In this document: in pieces, positions 1 through 8,557 of the stretch
Layout: each line of letters begins with the position of its first letter
Numbering within the stretch: the first letter of the stretch is position 1
NCBI GenBank assembly: GCA_902803785.1
Contig: CADCRE010000034.1
Location: forward strand, 1-62,064
Length of the DNA: 62,064 nucleotides
From: an uncultured Erysipelotrichaceae bacterium
GTDB taxonomy: Bacteria > Bacillota_I > Bacilli_A > Erysipelotrichales > Erysipelotrichaceae
Reading direction: 5' to 3'
Position numbers and translations under genes: made by a program
The notes under the pieces: generated by a model
Seen by the model: only the letters and a program-made list of their open reading frames with translations
Databases searched by the model: none
What the model was told of the DNA's origin: nothing

Positions 1-7
1 CATCGCC

Positions 8-337
8 ATGACTGCCGGATGTAAGGAGATCAACTTCTTTTCCGCAGCCGTCCTGTCTCTGAAAGATATCATGAAGGGAACGGAGAACGATATCCGTCGC
101 ATGATGAAGCCGTATGGATATCATTCAGAAACGAATTCATTGAAGGATATCGGTCCTGTCGAAGCCGCAGAGATCCCTTATACCTATACCGCCAGGGATA
201 CGAAGATGTTCGGATGTACCTACATCTTCAAAATGAAAAGGACCCTCTACTATCTGCACTGGTATACCCGGGAAGCCCTCCGGGAAGAGAACAGTACAGC
301 ATTGAAGGAAGTCCTCGATTCGATCCGTTGGAAGTGA
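8..337 (+). CDS. hypothetical protein (frame stays open to the window edge, so possibly 5'-truncated)
   Basis: 109-codon ORF convergent with ruvX. No motif recognised. Confidence 0.4.
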   Translation: MTAGCKEINFFSAAVLSLKDIMKGTENDIRRMMKPYGYHSETNSLKDIGPVEAAEIPYTYTARDTKMFGCTYIFKMKRTLYYLHWYTREALREENSTALKEVLDSIRWK

Positions 338-751
338 TCAGCGGTTCTTGTCCAGATAGTACTGCAGGATACGGACAGCGGCCTGCTGGTCGATGACCTT
401 CTTGCGTTTCTTGCGCGATACGTTGGCCGCGATCAGGAATGTTTCGGAATCCTTTGTGGTATTGCGTTCGTCCTGAAGGACGACTCTGATCCCGGACTCC
501 TGTTCCAGGATCTCGGCGATCTCCCGGGACAGTTTTGCGCGGGGGCCTTCATCGTCATTTTCCAGTAAAGGATAGCCCATGACCACCAGGTCGGGCTTTT
601 CTTCTTCAAAAAGAGCCAGGATCTTGTCGATGGCTTCATCGTAGTCGTCAGGGTGGAAGCGCAATGTCTTGACCGGCTGTGCCAGACGTCCGGTCTCTGA
701 CCGGGCGATGCCGCAGGTCACGCTTCCTAAGTCCAGGCTGAGATATTTCAT
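338..751 (-). CDS. ruvX: Holliday junction resolvase-like protein RuvX (YqgF family)
   Basis: ORF 338..1033 trimmed to the ATG at 749-751 (MKYLSLDLGSVTCGIA...). The N-terminal DxG YqgF signature and the 137-aa length are typical. The discarded 94 upstream codons run antisense through the promoter and riboswitch region. Confidence 0.85.
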   Translation of the reverse strand: MKYLSLDLGSVTCGIARSETGRLAQPVKTLRFHPDDYDEAIDKILALFEEEKPDLVVMGYPLLENDDEGPRAKLSREIAEILEQESGIRVVLQDERNTTKDSETFLIAANVSRKKRKKVIDQQAAVRILQYYLDKNR

Positions 752-842
752 CTCTATTACTATAACATATAGGATAAAGGCATATACTTCTGAAAAACTT
801 TCTGTATCGTTTGAAACAAAAACATTAATTTTCTGAAAACTG

Positions 843-871
843 TTGACAATATATCTCCTTTTCATTACAAT
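843..871 (+). promoter_or_regulatory. sigma-A type promoter (TTGACA, 17 nt spacer, TACAAT)
   Basis: Consensus -35 TTGACA at 843-848, exact 17-nt spacer, and -10 TACAAT at 866-871. It sits about 20 nt upstream of the structured leader. Confidence 0.65.
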
Positions 872-889
872 CAAAGTCAATAAAAGATC

Positions 890-1050
890 TGTGTATAGAG
901 GTAGCGATGCGGATGAGTACTGCAGGGAGCCGGCGGGCCGAGAACTGCAGGAAAGGTAATCATCGCCGAATAGTTCGGGAAGGCGTTCCCGGAATATGGG
1001 GTCGCAGGGAATACCTGCGGCACTCCTTCGCAAGAAGAGGCGCTATTACT
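890..1050 (+). promoter_or_regulatory. candidate lysine riboswitch (L-box) aptamer
   Basis: Blocks recalled from L-box leaders appear in the right order: ATAGAGGTAGCG...GATGAGTA, GGAAAGG...ATCGCCGAA, GGGGTCGCAGGGAATACCTGCGGCACT, and a closing AGAGGCGCTAT. It is followed by an intrinsic terminator and an amino-acid ABC importer. Confidence 0.6.
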
Positions 1051-1061
1051 TTCGATGAATT

Positions 1062-1094
1062 TCGTATGTGATAGTGTGCATACGATTTTTTATT
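1062..1094 (+). terminator. intrinsic terminator (riboswitch expression platform)
   Basis: Stem TCGTATG (1062-1068) pairs with CATACGA (1079-1085), followed by TTTTTTATT. It lies just before the RBS of the transporter gene. Confidence 0.7.
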
Positions 1095-1110
1095 GAAAGG
1101 GAGAAAAAAG

Positions 1111-1920
1111 ATGAGAAAGATCATTACTGTTTTACTGTTGTGTTTTTGTATTGCCGGATGTGCGGGATCGGATCAGGATGCATCCGCAGATGTATTGAGG
1201 GTCGGAATGGAATGTGACTATGCTCCGTTCAACTGGACACAGGTCGAGGATTCCGATACGGCTGTCGCGATCTCTTCTGTAGACTACGCGGACGGTTACG
1301 ATGTCGTGATCGCTTCGATGATCGCGGAAAAGCTGGGCATGGAAGTGGAGATCGTCAAGACTGACTGGGATTCCCTGATCCCGTCGCTGAATGCGGGAGC
1401 GATCGACTGTATCATCGCAGGCATGACTGAGACGCCGGATCGGGCAGAGGAAGTGAACTTTACCACACCTTACTATGAATCCGATATGGTCATCATCGTC
1501 CGGAAGGATTCCGTCCTTACCGGGATCAGCGATATTCAGGAACTGAAAGGTTATAAGGTATTGGGTCAGTCCAATACGACCTATGATGAAGTCATCGATC
1601 AGATCGAAGGTGTCGTACATATGGTCCCGCTGTCCACCTATCCGCGCATGGTGCTTTCCCTGCAGGCAGGAGAAGCGGATGCGATCACCGCAGAACTTCC
1701 GGTAGCCAACGGTGTGGTATCCGCCAATCCGGATCTGACGATCGTTACTTTCGAGGAAGGAAAGGGATTTATCGTCGATACTTCCGTTTCGATCGCCGTT
1801 GCGAAGGAAAACACGGAACTGCTGGAAGCCATACAGGGAGCCTTGAATGAGATCTCGGATGCGGAACGGCTTTCGATCATGGAGGCTGCGGTAGGCAGGC
1901 AGCCGGCTGTCGGAGAATAA
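1111..1920 (+). CDS. polar amino-acid ABC transporter substrate-binding lipoprotein
   Basis: Start moved to the ATG at 1111 behind GGGAGA. Lipobox LLCFCIAGC. Type-3 SBP-like body (DWDSLIPSLNAGAIDCIIAGMT). Confidence 0.85.
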   Translation: MRKIITVLLLCFCIAGCAGSDQDASADVLRVGMECDYAPFNWTQVEDSDTAVAISSVDYADGYDVVIASMIAEKLGMEVEIVKTDWDSLIPSLNAGAIDCIIAGMTETPDRAEEVNFTTPYYESDMVIIVRKDSVLTGISDIQELKGYKVLGQSNTTYDEVIDQIEGVVHMVPLSTYPRMVLSLQAGEADAITAELPVANGVVSANPDLTIVTFEEGKGFIVDTSVSIAVAKENTELLEAIQGALNEISDAERLSIMEAAVGRQPAVGE

Positions 1921-1921
1921 G

Positions 1922-2689
1922 ATGTCGTTTCAGAAGTGTCTGGAGATCCTGGTCTGCTATCTTCCCAGTTTCCTTCTGGGGATACGGACGACACTGCTGG
2001 TGGCGTTTTCGGGAACTCTCTTCGGTCTTCTGATCGGCCTGATTGTGGGCGGGATCCGTGCGATCCGCCCGGACAGGACCGCATCCAGGGGAAAGAGACG
2101 GATGAAAAAGATCCTGGATATCCTGCTTCGGATCTATATCGAAGTCTTCCGGGGAACACCGATGATGGTACAGGCGGTCTTCATTTACTATCTGGTCTAT
2201 TCCAATATCGTCCGCTGGGACAAGATGACTGCGGCGATATTCGTGATCTCCATCAATACCGGTGCCTATATGGCCGAGATCGTTCGTTCGGGGATACAGG
2301 CGATCGACAAAGGACAGAACGAAGCGGCCAGGTCTTTGGGGATGTCTTCCTTTCAGACGATGGAAAGCGTGATCCTGCCTCAGGCGATCCGCAATGCGTT
2401 CCCGGCCATCGGAAACGAGCTGATCGTCAACATCAAGGACTCTTCGGTCCTGATGATCATATCGATCACGGAACTGATGTTTCAGTCGAACTCCATCGCA
2501 GGAACGACCTACCGTTTTACCGAGACCTATTTCGTGACGGCGATGATCTATCTGTTTCTGACGGGAACTTCCAGTATCGTCCTGGGATGGATCGAACGGA
2601 AGATGAATCACACCAGGACGTCGATCCCGCAGTCGGATACCACGTTCAGTTCCATCTCTCTTGCGAGTAAAGGAGGGGAAGACTCATGA
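1922..2689 (+). CDS. amino-acid ABC transporter permease (HisM/GlnP family)
   Basis: Polytopic protein with the EAA-like loop ([28 protein letters not shown]). It starts 1 nt after the SBP stop. Confidence 0.88.
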   Translation: MSFQKCLEILVCYLPSFLLGIRTTLLVAFSGTLFGLLIGLIVGGIRAIRPDRTASRGKRRMKKILDILLRIYIEVFRGTPMMVQAVFIYYLVYSNIVRWDKMTAAIFVISINTGAYMAEIVRSGIQAIDKGQNEAARSLGMSSFQTMESVILPQAIRNAFPAIGNELIVNIKDSSVLMIISITELMFQSNSIAGTTYRFTETYFVTAMIYLFLTGTSSIVLGWIERKMNHTRTSIPQSDTTFSSISLASKGGEDS

Positions 2690-3423
2690 GCATGATCGAG
2701 ATCCGCAATGTCAGAAAGGGATTCGGTGCACTGAACGTATTGGACGACATCTCCTTTACCGTGGAGAAAGGAGAAACAGTCTGTCTGATCGGAGCGAGCG
2801 GTTCAGGAAAATCGACTCTCCTGAGATGCATCAACCTTCTGGAAGAGGTCGATGGAGGAACGATCCGCGTCCTGGATCAGGATCTCAGTGAGTTGACTGA
2901 CGTGAATGCCTATCGGCGCAGAGTCGGTATGGTGTTCCAGCAGTTCAATCTGTTTGAAAACAGGAACGTGCTGGAGAACTGTACGGTCGCACAGCGAAAG
3001 GTCCTGAAAAGAGACAGGAAGGAAGCGGAGGAGATTGCCTTGATACAGCTGGAAAAGGTCGGGATGGCAGGATTCAGGAATGCCTATCCTTCCACGCTTT
3101 CCGGAGGACAGAAACAGAGAGTGGCGATCGCCAGAGCTCTCTGTATGGATCCGGAGATCCTCCTTTTCGATGAACCGACTTCCGCATTGGATCCGGAGAT
3201 GGTCGGAGAAGTATTGAATGTCATACGGGAACTTTCAAATGAAGATATGACGATGGTGATCGTGACCCACGAGATGAATTTCGCGCGAGACGTGGCAGAT
3301 CGCATCGTGTTCATGGACCGAGGCATCATTCTGGAAGAAGGGAGTCCGAAACAGATCTTCGACCATCCGAAAAATGAGAGGACCGCACAGTTCCTTTCCA
3401 GGGTCCTGGACAGAGATATTTAG
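2686..3423 (+). CDS. amino-acid ABC transporter ATP-binding protein (GlnQ-like)
   Basis: Walker [10 protein letters not shown], signature [15 protein letters not shown], Walker [16 protein letters not shown] overlap with the permease gene. Confidence 0.92.
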   Translation: MSMIEIRNVRKGFGALNVLDDISFTVEKGETVCLIGASGSGKSTLLRCINLLEEVDGGTIRVLDQDLSELTDVNAYRRRVGMVFQQFNLFENRNVLENCTVAQRKVLKRDRKEAEEIALIQLEKVGMAGFRNAYPSTLSGGQKQRVAIARALCMDPEILLFDEPTSALDPEMVGEVLNVIRELSNEDMTMVIVTHEMNFARDVADRIVFMDRGIILEEGSPKQIFDHPKNERTAQFLSRVLDRDI

Positions 3424-3476
3424 GGAAATAAATCGTTGCGCCGGTCTTCGAAGTTCTGTAATAATAAAGGTAGATC

Positions 3477-4232
3477 ATGAAACGAAGCACACAACAGAGA
3501 CTGAATGAGATCAGCGAATACCTGATCCTGAATTCGAAAGCGACGACGAAAGAACTTGCGGAACTGACCGGAGTCTCTCCGGAGATGATCCGCAAGGACC
3601 TCGATGTTTTGGAACAGCACGGGGCCGGGATCGTGAGGGTCCATGGCGGTGCGGAACTGCGCGGAGACAACGTCTTGCCGTATTCTGCCAGGATCTATCA
3701 GAACAAGAGAGTCAAGGATGAACTCTGCCGCAGCGCATTAAACTACATCAATGACGGAGATACGGTCTTCATCGATCCGAGTACGACAGCTCTGCAGCTG
3801 GGCAGACTTCTGAAGGTCAAGAAAAACATCACGATCGTCACCAACTGTGTCGAACTGGTGCTGCTCGCAGCTGAGACCGATCATCAGATCATACTTCTGG
3901 GAGGAGAGTATTCCCGTTCCGGAAACCGGACTTTGGGAATGTTTGTACTGGATGCGATCAAGAAGATGAGATTCAATGTCGCAGTGTTCGGATCGGACGG
4001 ACTTTTGAACATGAACGGCGTCGGTACGACCAACGACGATGAGATCCTGGTCAACGAACTGGTCATGCAGCACAGCGGAAAGAATATCCTGATGGTCGAT
4101 TCCAACAAGTTCTTTCTGGAGAGCCGTTTTACCTATGCGAAATATGAGGATTTCGATGTGATGATCACAGATGCCTTCCCGGATGAGTATCGGGATATCG
4201 TCAAGATCAACGAGATCGTCATTACGGGATAA
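3477..4232 (+). CDS. DeoR family transcriptional regulator
   Basis: N-terminal HTH (RLNEISEYLILNSKATTKELAELTGVSPEMIRKDL) plus a DeoR C-terminal sugar-phosphate sensor fold. 251 aa. Confidence 0.85.
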   Translation: MKRSTQQRLNEISEYLILNSKATTKELAELTGVSPEMIRKDLDVLEQHGAGIVRVHGGAELRGDNVLPYSARIYQNKRVKDELCRSALNYINDGDTVFIDPSTTALQLGRLLKVKKNITIVTNCVELVLLAAETDHQIILLGGEYSRSGNRTLGMFVLDAIKKMRFNVAVFGSDGLLNMNGVGTTNDDEILVNELVMQHSGKNILMVDSNKFFLESRFTYAKYEDFDVMITDAFPDEYRDIVKINEIVITG

Positions 4233-4257
4233 GGAACAGATCATAAGATAACGGATC

Positions 4258-4285
4258 AGATCGGGGCAGACCCGATCTTTTTTTA
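4258..4285 (+). terminator. intrinsic terminator after the DeoR gene
   Basis: AGATCGGG (4258-4265) pairs with CCCGATCT (4271-4278), followed by a T7 run. Confidence 0.8.
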
Positions 4286-4530
4286 TTGGTCAAAGGTTTG
4301 ATAGAAAGGATTAATATTTCTTAAAATCAATATATTTATTAAAACAAAAGAAATGTTAGGTATAACTAATAAAAAGTTTTGTTTAAAAGGAACAGAAACA
4401 ATTAAAATTCTGTTTAAAATGAAAAATGTTCTACTTGTTTTCATAAACAAAAAAATATTGTTTTTGTTTTTTGAAATGAATATGATGAGGGTGTAAAAGC
4501 ATATCAACATAATTTGAAAAGAGGTAAGTC

Positions 4531-4926
4531 ATGGCACATCTGGTTCTGGCAACACACGCACACTTAGCTGAAAGTTATCTGGAGACCGCAAAGATGATCG
4601 GCGGTGAAAGTATGGTCAATGATGTCAAGACCTTCTGTATGACAGAAGGAAAGAACGTCGATGATTTTATGCAGGAAGTACAGGACTATGTCGACCTGGA
4701 TCCCGAAGGGGATTACTTTGTTATGGTCGACCTGTATGCGGCGAGCCCGTGTACGACCTGCGTCAGAGTGTTCGGCAGATATAATTATCGGTTAGTAACA
4801 GGTCTGAACCTCGGCATGCTTCTGGAAATCCTGGCATGCAAGGACACCTGTACTATAGAAGAACTGGAAGAAAAAGCGATCGAAGCAGGTAAGGGGGGCG
4901 TCGAAAGGTTTTATCTGCACGTATAG
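4531..4926 (+). CDS. PTS mannose-family EIIA domain protein (also DhaM-like)
   Basis: 131 aa. N-terminus MAHLVLATHAHLAES resembles the EIIA(Man)/DhaM phospho-His region. RBS AGAGGTAAG. Confidence 0.8.
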   Translation: MAHLVLATHAHLAESYLETAKMIGGESMVNDVKTFCMTEGKNVDDFMQEVQDYVDLDPEGDYFVMVDLYAASPCTTCVRVFGRYNYRLVTGLNLGMLLEILACKDTCTIEELEEKAIEAGKGGVERFYLHV

Positions 4927-4964
4927 TGAGTATCTTCTACTTCAAATAATCGAAAGGAGAAATT

Positions 4965-6593
4965 ATGTCAGTAATTCAAGCCATTCTCATCGCTCTGCTG
5001 TATTGCTTAGAGAAGAGTGAGATCTATGTACCGGCAACGTACAGCTTCCTGACGCTTCAGATGATCTCTGCTTTAACAGGTCTGATCCTGGGCGACCTCA
5101 AGACTGGTGTCATCGTCGGTGCAACTATTCAGCCTCTGTATCTGGCTCTGACTTCTGTCGGTGGCTCCGCTCCTGTTGATAAGGCAGCAGCCGGCACGAT
5201 TGCAACGTCAGCGGTCATCACACAGGGTATTTCCTTTGACCAGGCGCTGGTTCTGTCTTCTGTCGCAGCTTTGACTCTGTCCAACCTGCACATCCTGAAC
5301 AGAACATTGATGCTCTTTGTCACGCACTATGAAGAAGACTGCTGTAAGAAAGGCGATATCCCGGGTCTGACCAGAGGTATCTTCCTGTACGGTAACATTA
5401 TTCACTTATTAGCATTCGGCCTCCCGATGTTCATTATCCTCTATTGGGGAATTGGAGCTTTAGGCTTCCTGCAGAACGGTCTTCCACCTAGGATCGACAA
5501 TATCCTGAGCCTTATGGCCGGATTGATGCCTGCTGTCGGTTTTGCAATGACGATCGTCGTCATCGGCAAGGGCAATCTGATGCCGTTCTTCGCAGCCGGC
5601 TTCTTCTTTGCAAAGTATTCCGGATTAGGAACTGTTGCAGCTCTGCTCTTAGGTGCTTTACTTGCATGGCTGTACATGATCTTCACGAAGAAAGATGACG
5701 AAGGCAGTATCTTCGGTGACCTCTCCGTATTGACGAAGAAGGCTGACCTGAGCGGCCGTATCCTGGACAAGGCTGATCTGCGCAGAGCATGGACGAGATG
5801 GAGACTCTCTATCACCCATGTCGATAACGTAGAACGTCTGCAGGCTATGGGTGTCGCTTACACGATGTCTGCTGTATTGCCGAAACTCTATCCGAACAAC
5901 CCTGAACTCGTCGCTGACGGTCTGTCCCGTCATACTGACTTCTTCTGTACCGAGAACATGCTCGGCGGTATCATTCCGGGCGTCCTGGTATCCCTGGAAG
6001 AAGAAAGAGCGATCGGTATCAGGAAGGGTCTTCCTGAAGACGAACTGATCCCTGTCGAACTGATCGACTCCATCAAAGTCGGTACTATGGGACCTTTCGC
6101 CGGCATGGGCGATACTCTGAACTATGCTGTCATCAACCCGCTTCTGAATGCCTTCTTCATGGGCTTCGGTCAGCAGGGTTATGTCTGGGCTCCGTTCGTT
6201 CTGTCTCTTATCACTTATACTGTTTGGACGACTGAAGGTCGTTTGATGTACAACTTAGGTTACAACTTCGGTACACAGGCTGCTCAGCAGATCCTCGGTA
6301 GCGGCGCTTACCAGAAGATCGTTACCTTCTTCTCTATCCTCGGTCTGTTCGTCATGGGTGCATTCGCAGCTGACTTCGTATCTGTAAGATGTCTGGTCAA
6401 TATCCCGAAAGCTACAGATTTCATCTCTCTGCAGGAAGTACTGTTTGACGCGATCGTTCCGGGTCTCTTGCCATTCTGTGCACAGATGTTCACTTACTGG
6501 CACCTGAAGAAATACCACAACATGCTGAAGACGACGGGCGTCCTCGCTCTGATCTCTTTGGTTGCCGGTGGTTTGATGATCCTTGGTGCTTAA
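4965..6593 (+). CDS. PTS mannose/sorbose-family fused EIIC-EIID membrane component
   Basis: The N-terminal ~250 aa are EIIC-like TM bundles. After a KKDDEG linker comes the EIID hallmark LDKADLRRAWTRWRLS...ERLQAMGVAYTMSAVLPKLY. One uninterrupted 542-aa ORF. Confidence 0.85.
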   Translation: MSVIQAILIALLYCLEKSEIYVPATYSFLTLQMISALTGLILGDLKTGVIVGATIQPLYLALTSVGGSAPVDKAAAGTIATSAVITQGISFDQALVLSSVAALTLSNLHILNRTLMLFVTHYEEDCCKKGDIPGLTRGIFLYGNIIHLLAFGLPMFIILYWGIGALGFLQNGLPPRIDNILSLMAGLMPAVGFAMTIVVIGKGNLMPFFAAGFFFAKYSGLGTVAALLLGALLAWLYMIFTKKDDEGSIFGDLSVLTKKADLSGRILDKADLRRAWTRWRLSITHVDNVERLQAMGVAYTMSAVLPKLYPNNPELVADGLSRHTDFFCTENMLGGIIPGVLVSLEEERAIGIRKGLPEDELIPVELIDSIKVGTMGPFAGMGDTLNYAVINPLLNAFFMGFGQQGYVWAPFVLSLITYTVWTTEGRLMYNLGYNFGTQAAQQILGSGAYQKIVTFFSILGLFVMGAFAADFVSVRCLVNIPKATDFISLQEVLFDAIVPGLLPFCAQMFTYWHLKKYHNMLKTTGVLALISLVAGGLMILGA

Positions 6594-6659
6594 TCAAACT
6601 ATGATGTAGGATATCAAGCGCACCGAGGTGCGCTTGATATTTCAAAGAAAGGAAATCAC

Positions 6660-7673
6660 ATGAAGAAATTTCTAAATGATCCTGAAAACTTTATCGATGA
6701 AATGCTCGAAGGCTTATATGCCGCACATCCGGAAGACATCATGCCTGCAGAAGGTAATCTGAGATGTCTCGTAACGAAGCATAAAAAGCCGGGCAAGGTC
6801 GCGATCGCTACCGGTGGCGGAAGCGGACATCTTCCACTTTTCCTGGGTTATGTCGGAAAAGGCATGCTGGACGGATGCTCTGTCGGCGGTGTGTTCCAGT
6901 CTCCAAGCTCAGATGAGATGCTGACTGTCACAAAAGAGATCGACAACGGTGCCGGCGTATTATATATCTACGGTAACTACAACGGTGATATCTTCAACTT
7001 CACGATGGCGAAGGAAGAAGCCGATATGGATGACATCCGTGTCGAACAGGTCATCGCCGGTGAAGATGTGGCCAGCGGTCCGAGAGTCAAAGAAGGTGAA
7101 AAGAACACCAGAAGAGGTGTCGCAGGTATCTTCTTTGTCTATAAGGTCGCGGGTGCTGCCGCAAACGAAATGAAGACCCTGGACGAAGTCAAGGCTCTGG
7201 CAGAAAAGGTCGCAGGACAGACTGCTACGATGGGTGTTGCCTTCACTCCTTGTACTGTCCCACGCATCGGCCATCCAAGCTTCACGATCGGTGATGACGA
7301 GATGGAGATCGGTATGGGTATCCATGGCGAACAGGGTATCAGAAGAGGCAAACTGCTTCCGGCTGACGAGATCGTCGAAGAGATGCTGGTACCGGTACTG
7401 GATGACCTTTCTCTGAAAGAGAACGATGAGGTCGCTGTCCTGATCAACGGTCTCGGTGCGACTCCGTTAGAGGAACAGTATCTGGTCAACCGCAAGGTCA
7501 ATGAGATCGTGACCGGCAGAGGACTGAAGACATACAGGACTTATGTCGGAGAATATGCAACTTCTCTGGAAATGTCCGGCCTTTCTATCTCTGTCCTGAA
7601 ACTGGATGATGAGATCAAACATTATCTGGATGCGGAAGCAGATGCGATCATGTTCAAACAGTTCGCAAAATAA
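6660..7673 (+). CDS. dhaK: dihydroxyacetone kinase subunit DhaK
   Basis: Motifs GGGSGHLP, GNYNGDIFNF and GMGIHGEQG match the DhaK substrate-binding subunit. 337 aa. Confidence 0.9.
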   Translation: MKKFLNDPENFIDEMLEGLYAAHPEDIMPAEGNLRCLVTKHKKPGKVAIATGGGSGHLPLFLGYVGKGMLDGCSVGGVFQSPSSDEMLTVTKEIDNGAGVLYIYGNYNGDIFNFTMAKEEADMDDIRVEQVIAGEDVASGPRVKEGEKNTRRGVAGIFFVYKVAGAAANEMKTLDEVKALAEKVAGQTATMGVAFTPCTVPRIGHPSFTIGDDEMEIGMGIHGEQGIRRGKLLPADEIVEEMLVPVLDDLSLKENDEVAVLINGLGATPLEEQYLVNRKVNEIVTGRGLKTYRTYVGEYATSLEMSGLSISVLKLDDEIKHYLDAEADAIMFKQFAK

Positions 7674-7682
7674 GGAAAAAAT

Positions 7683-8291
7683 ATGTTTACAGTAGCAGAA
7701 TTATTTGCCGAATGGGCAGATATCTTCAAAAACAATATCGAATATCTTACAGAACTGGATTCCGTAGCAGGTGATGCGGATCTTGGTCTGGTCATGAACG
7801 ACGGTTTCTCCAAGACGAGCGAATTCGTGAAAAACAGCGAAGAAAAAGACGTCGGAAAACTGCTGTTCCAGGCAGGCAAGTACTTCAACAGCGTCGCTTC
7901 TTCTTCCATGGGGACTCTGCTTTCCGCAGGATTCATGAATGCAGGAAAGAAGCTTCGCGGCAAGGAAGAACTGGCCGAGAACGACTGCTACACCATCCTT
8001 CAGGGGATCGGTGAAGGCGTTCAGAACATCGGTCAGGCCAAGGAGGGCGAAAAGACCTTCCTGGACGGCATGCTGCCGGCAGTCAGAGCACTGGAAAACA
8101 TGACCGATCTGAAGGCTGACCTGAACAAGGCATGTGAAGCGGCCGCTGAGGGCGTCGAAACAGCCAAGAATCTGGTCGGTAAACACGGAAGGATCGCTTT
8201 CAGAGGGGAAGCTTCCGTCGGTATCGTCGACCCGGGATCTGTTGTTGCGAAACTCCTGGTCGAAGGAATGAAAAATCTCGCAGATCGTTAA
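7683..8291 (+). CDS. dhaL: dihydroxyacetone kinase subunit DhaL (ADP-binding)
   Basis: 202 aa. LTELDSVAGDADLG motif of the Dak2/DhaL domain. Starts 9 nt after dhaK. Confidence 0.88.
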   Translation: MFTVAELFAEWADIFKNNIEYLTELDSVAGDADLGLVMNDGFSKTSEFVKNSEEKDVGKLLFQAGKYFNSVASSSMGTLLSAGFMNAGKKLRGKEELAENDCYTILQGIGEGVQNIGQAKEGEKTFLDGMLPAVRALENMTDLKADLNKACEAAAEGVETAKNLVGKHGRIAFRGEASVGIVDPGSVVAKLLVEGMKNLADR

Positions 8292-8296
8292 TCAGA

Positions 8297-8557
8297 ATGC
8301 AAAAAGGATCTTCTAACAAAATACTTCTGGCTGTAGAAGTCATCGTCCTGACTCTGATCGTCTCTTACTTCATATCAGACGGTTTTACGCTGACCCTGCA
8401 TCAGGCGCTCGGCTTTGACGGATCGGACAACCTGAACAAGACCCTCTGGGGAAGCGGGCTCGATCCGAAGAGAGCGCTGATCTCACTGACTGTCATCGTC
8501 GTATTCTTTGGCTTCCTGTACTGGAAGAATCGCAAGAAAGGCGGTAACGGGAAATGA
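8297..8557 (+). CDS. small membrane protein (2 TM), unknown function
   Basis: 86 aa with two hydrophobic spans and a basic tail. ATGA overlap with the next gene, and in line with the operon. Confidence 0.5.
   Translation: MQKGSSNKILLAVEVIVLTLIVSYFISDGFTLTLHQALGFDGSDNLNKTLWGSGLDPKRALISLTVIVVFFGFLYWKNRKKGGNGK

Noticed and set aside
752-1033. N-terminal 94-codon extension of the ruvX ORF (track ORF 338..1033).
   Set aside because: The extension runs antisense through the promoter and riboswitch of the ABC transporter and has no homology pattern. The canonical RuvX N-terminus (MKYLSLDLG) begins at the internal ATG at 751.
880-1094. The leader upstream of the ABC transporter considered as a T-box.
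   Set aside because: An AGAG..GAGTA start occurs in both classes. But there is no T-box core (AAUUAGGGUGGUACCGCG-like) and no obvious specifier-loop architecture. The internal CGCCGAA and GGGAATACC blocks fit the L-box instead.
1936-2670. 244-aa ORF on the same strand but in another frame inside the permease gene, together with similar alternative-frame ORFs (for example 36218..36742 and 51202..51816).
   Set aside because: The translations are Gly/Arg/Asp/Pro-rich and low in complexity. The overlapping frame encodes a clean family member (permease, SDR or MATE).
4283-4510. 75-aa ORF on the minus strand inside the AT-rich intergenic island.
   Set aside because: The translation is a run of Ile/Asn/Phe/Lys-type residues dictated by AT richness. 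It has no RBS and overlaps the promoter and operator region of the PTS cluster.
6949-7501. Nested and overlapping ORFs inside dhaK on both strands (6949..7173, 6960..7325, 7139..7501, 7234..7416).
   Set aside because: They are short and lack RBS or motifs. They lie within a gene whose product aligns end-to-end with DhaK, which is typical off-frame noise.
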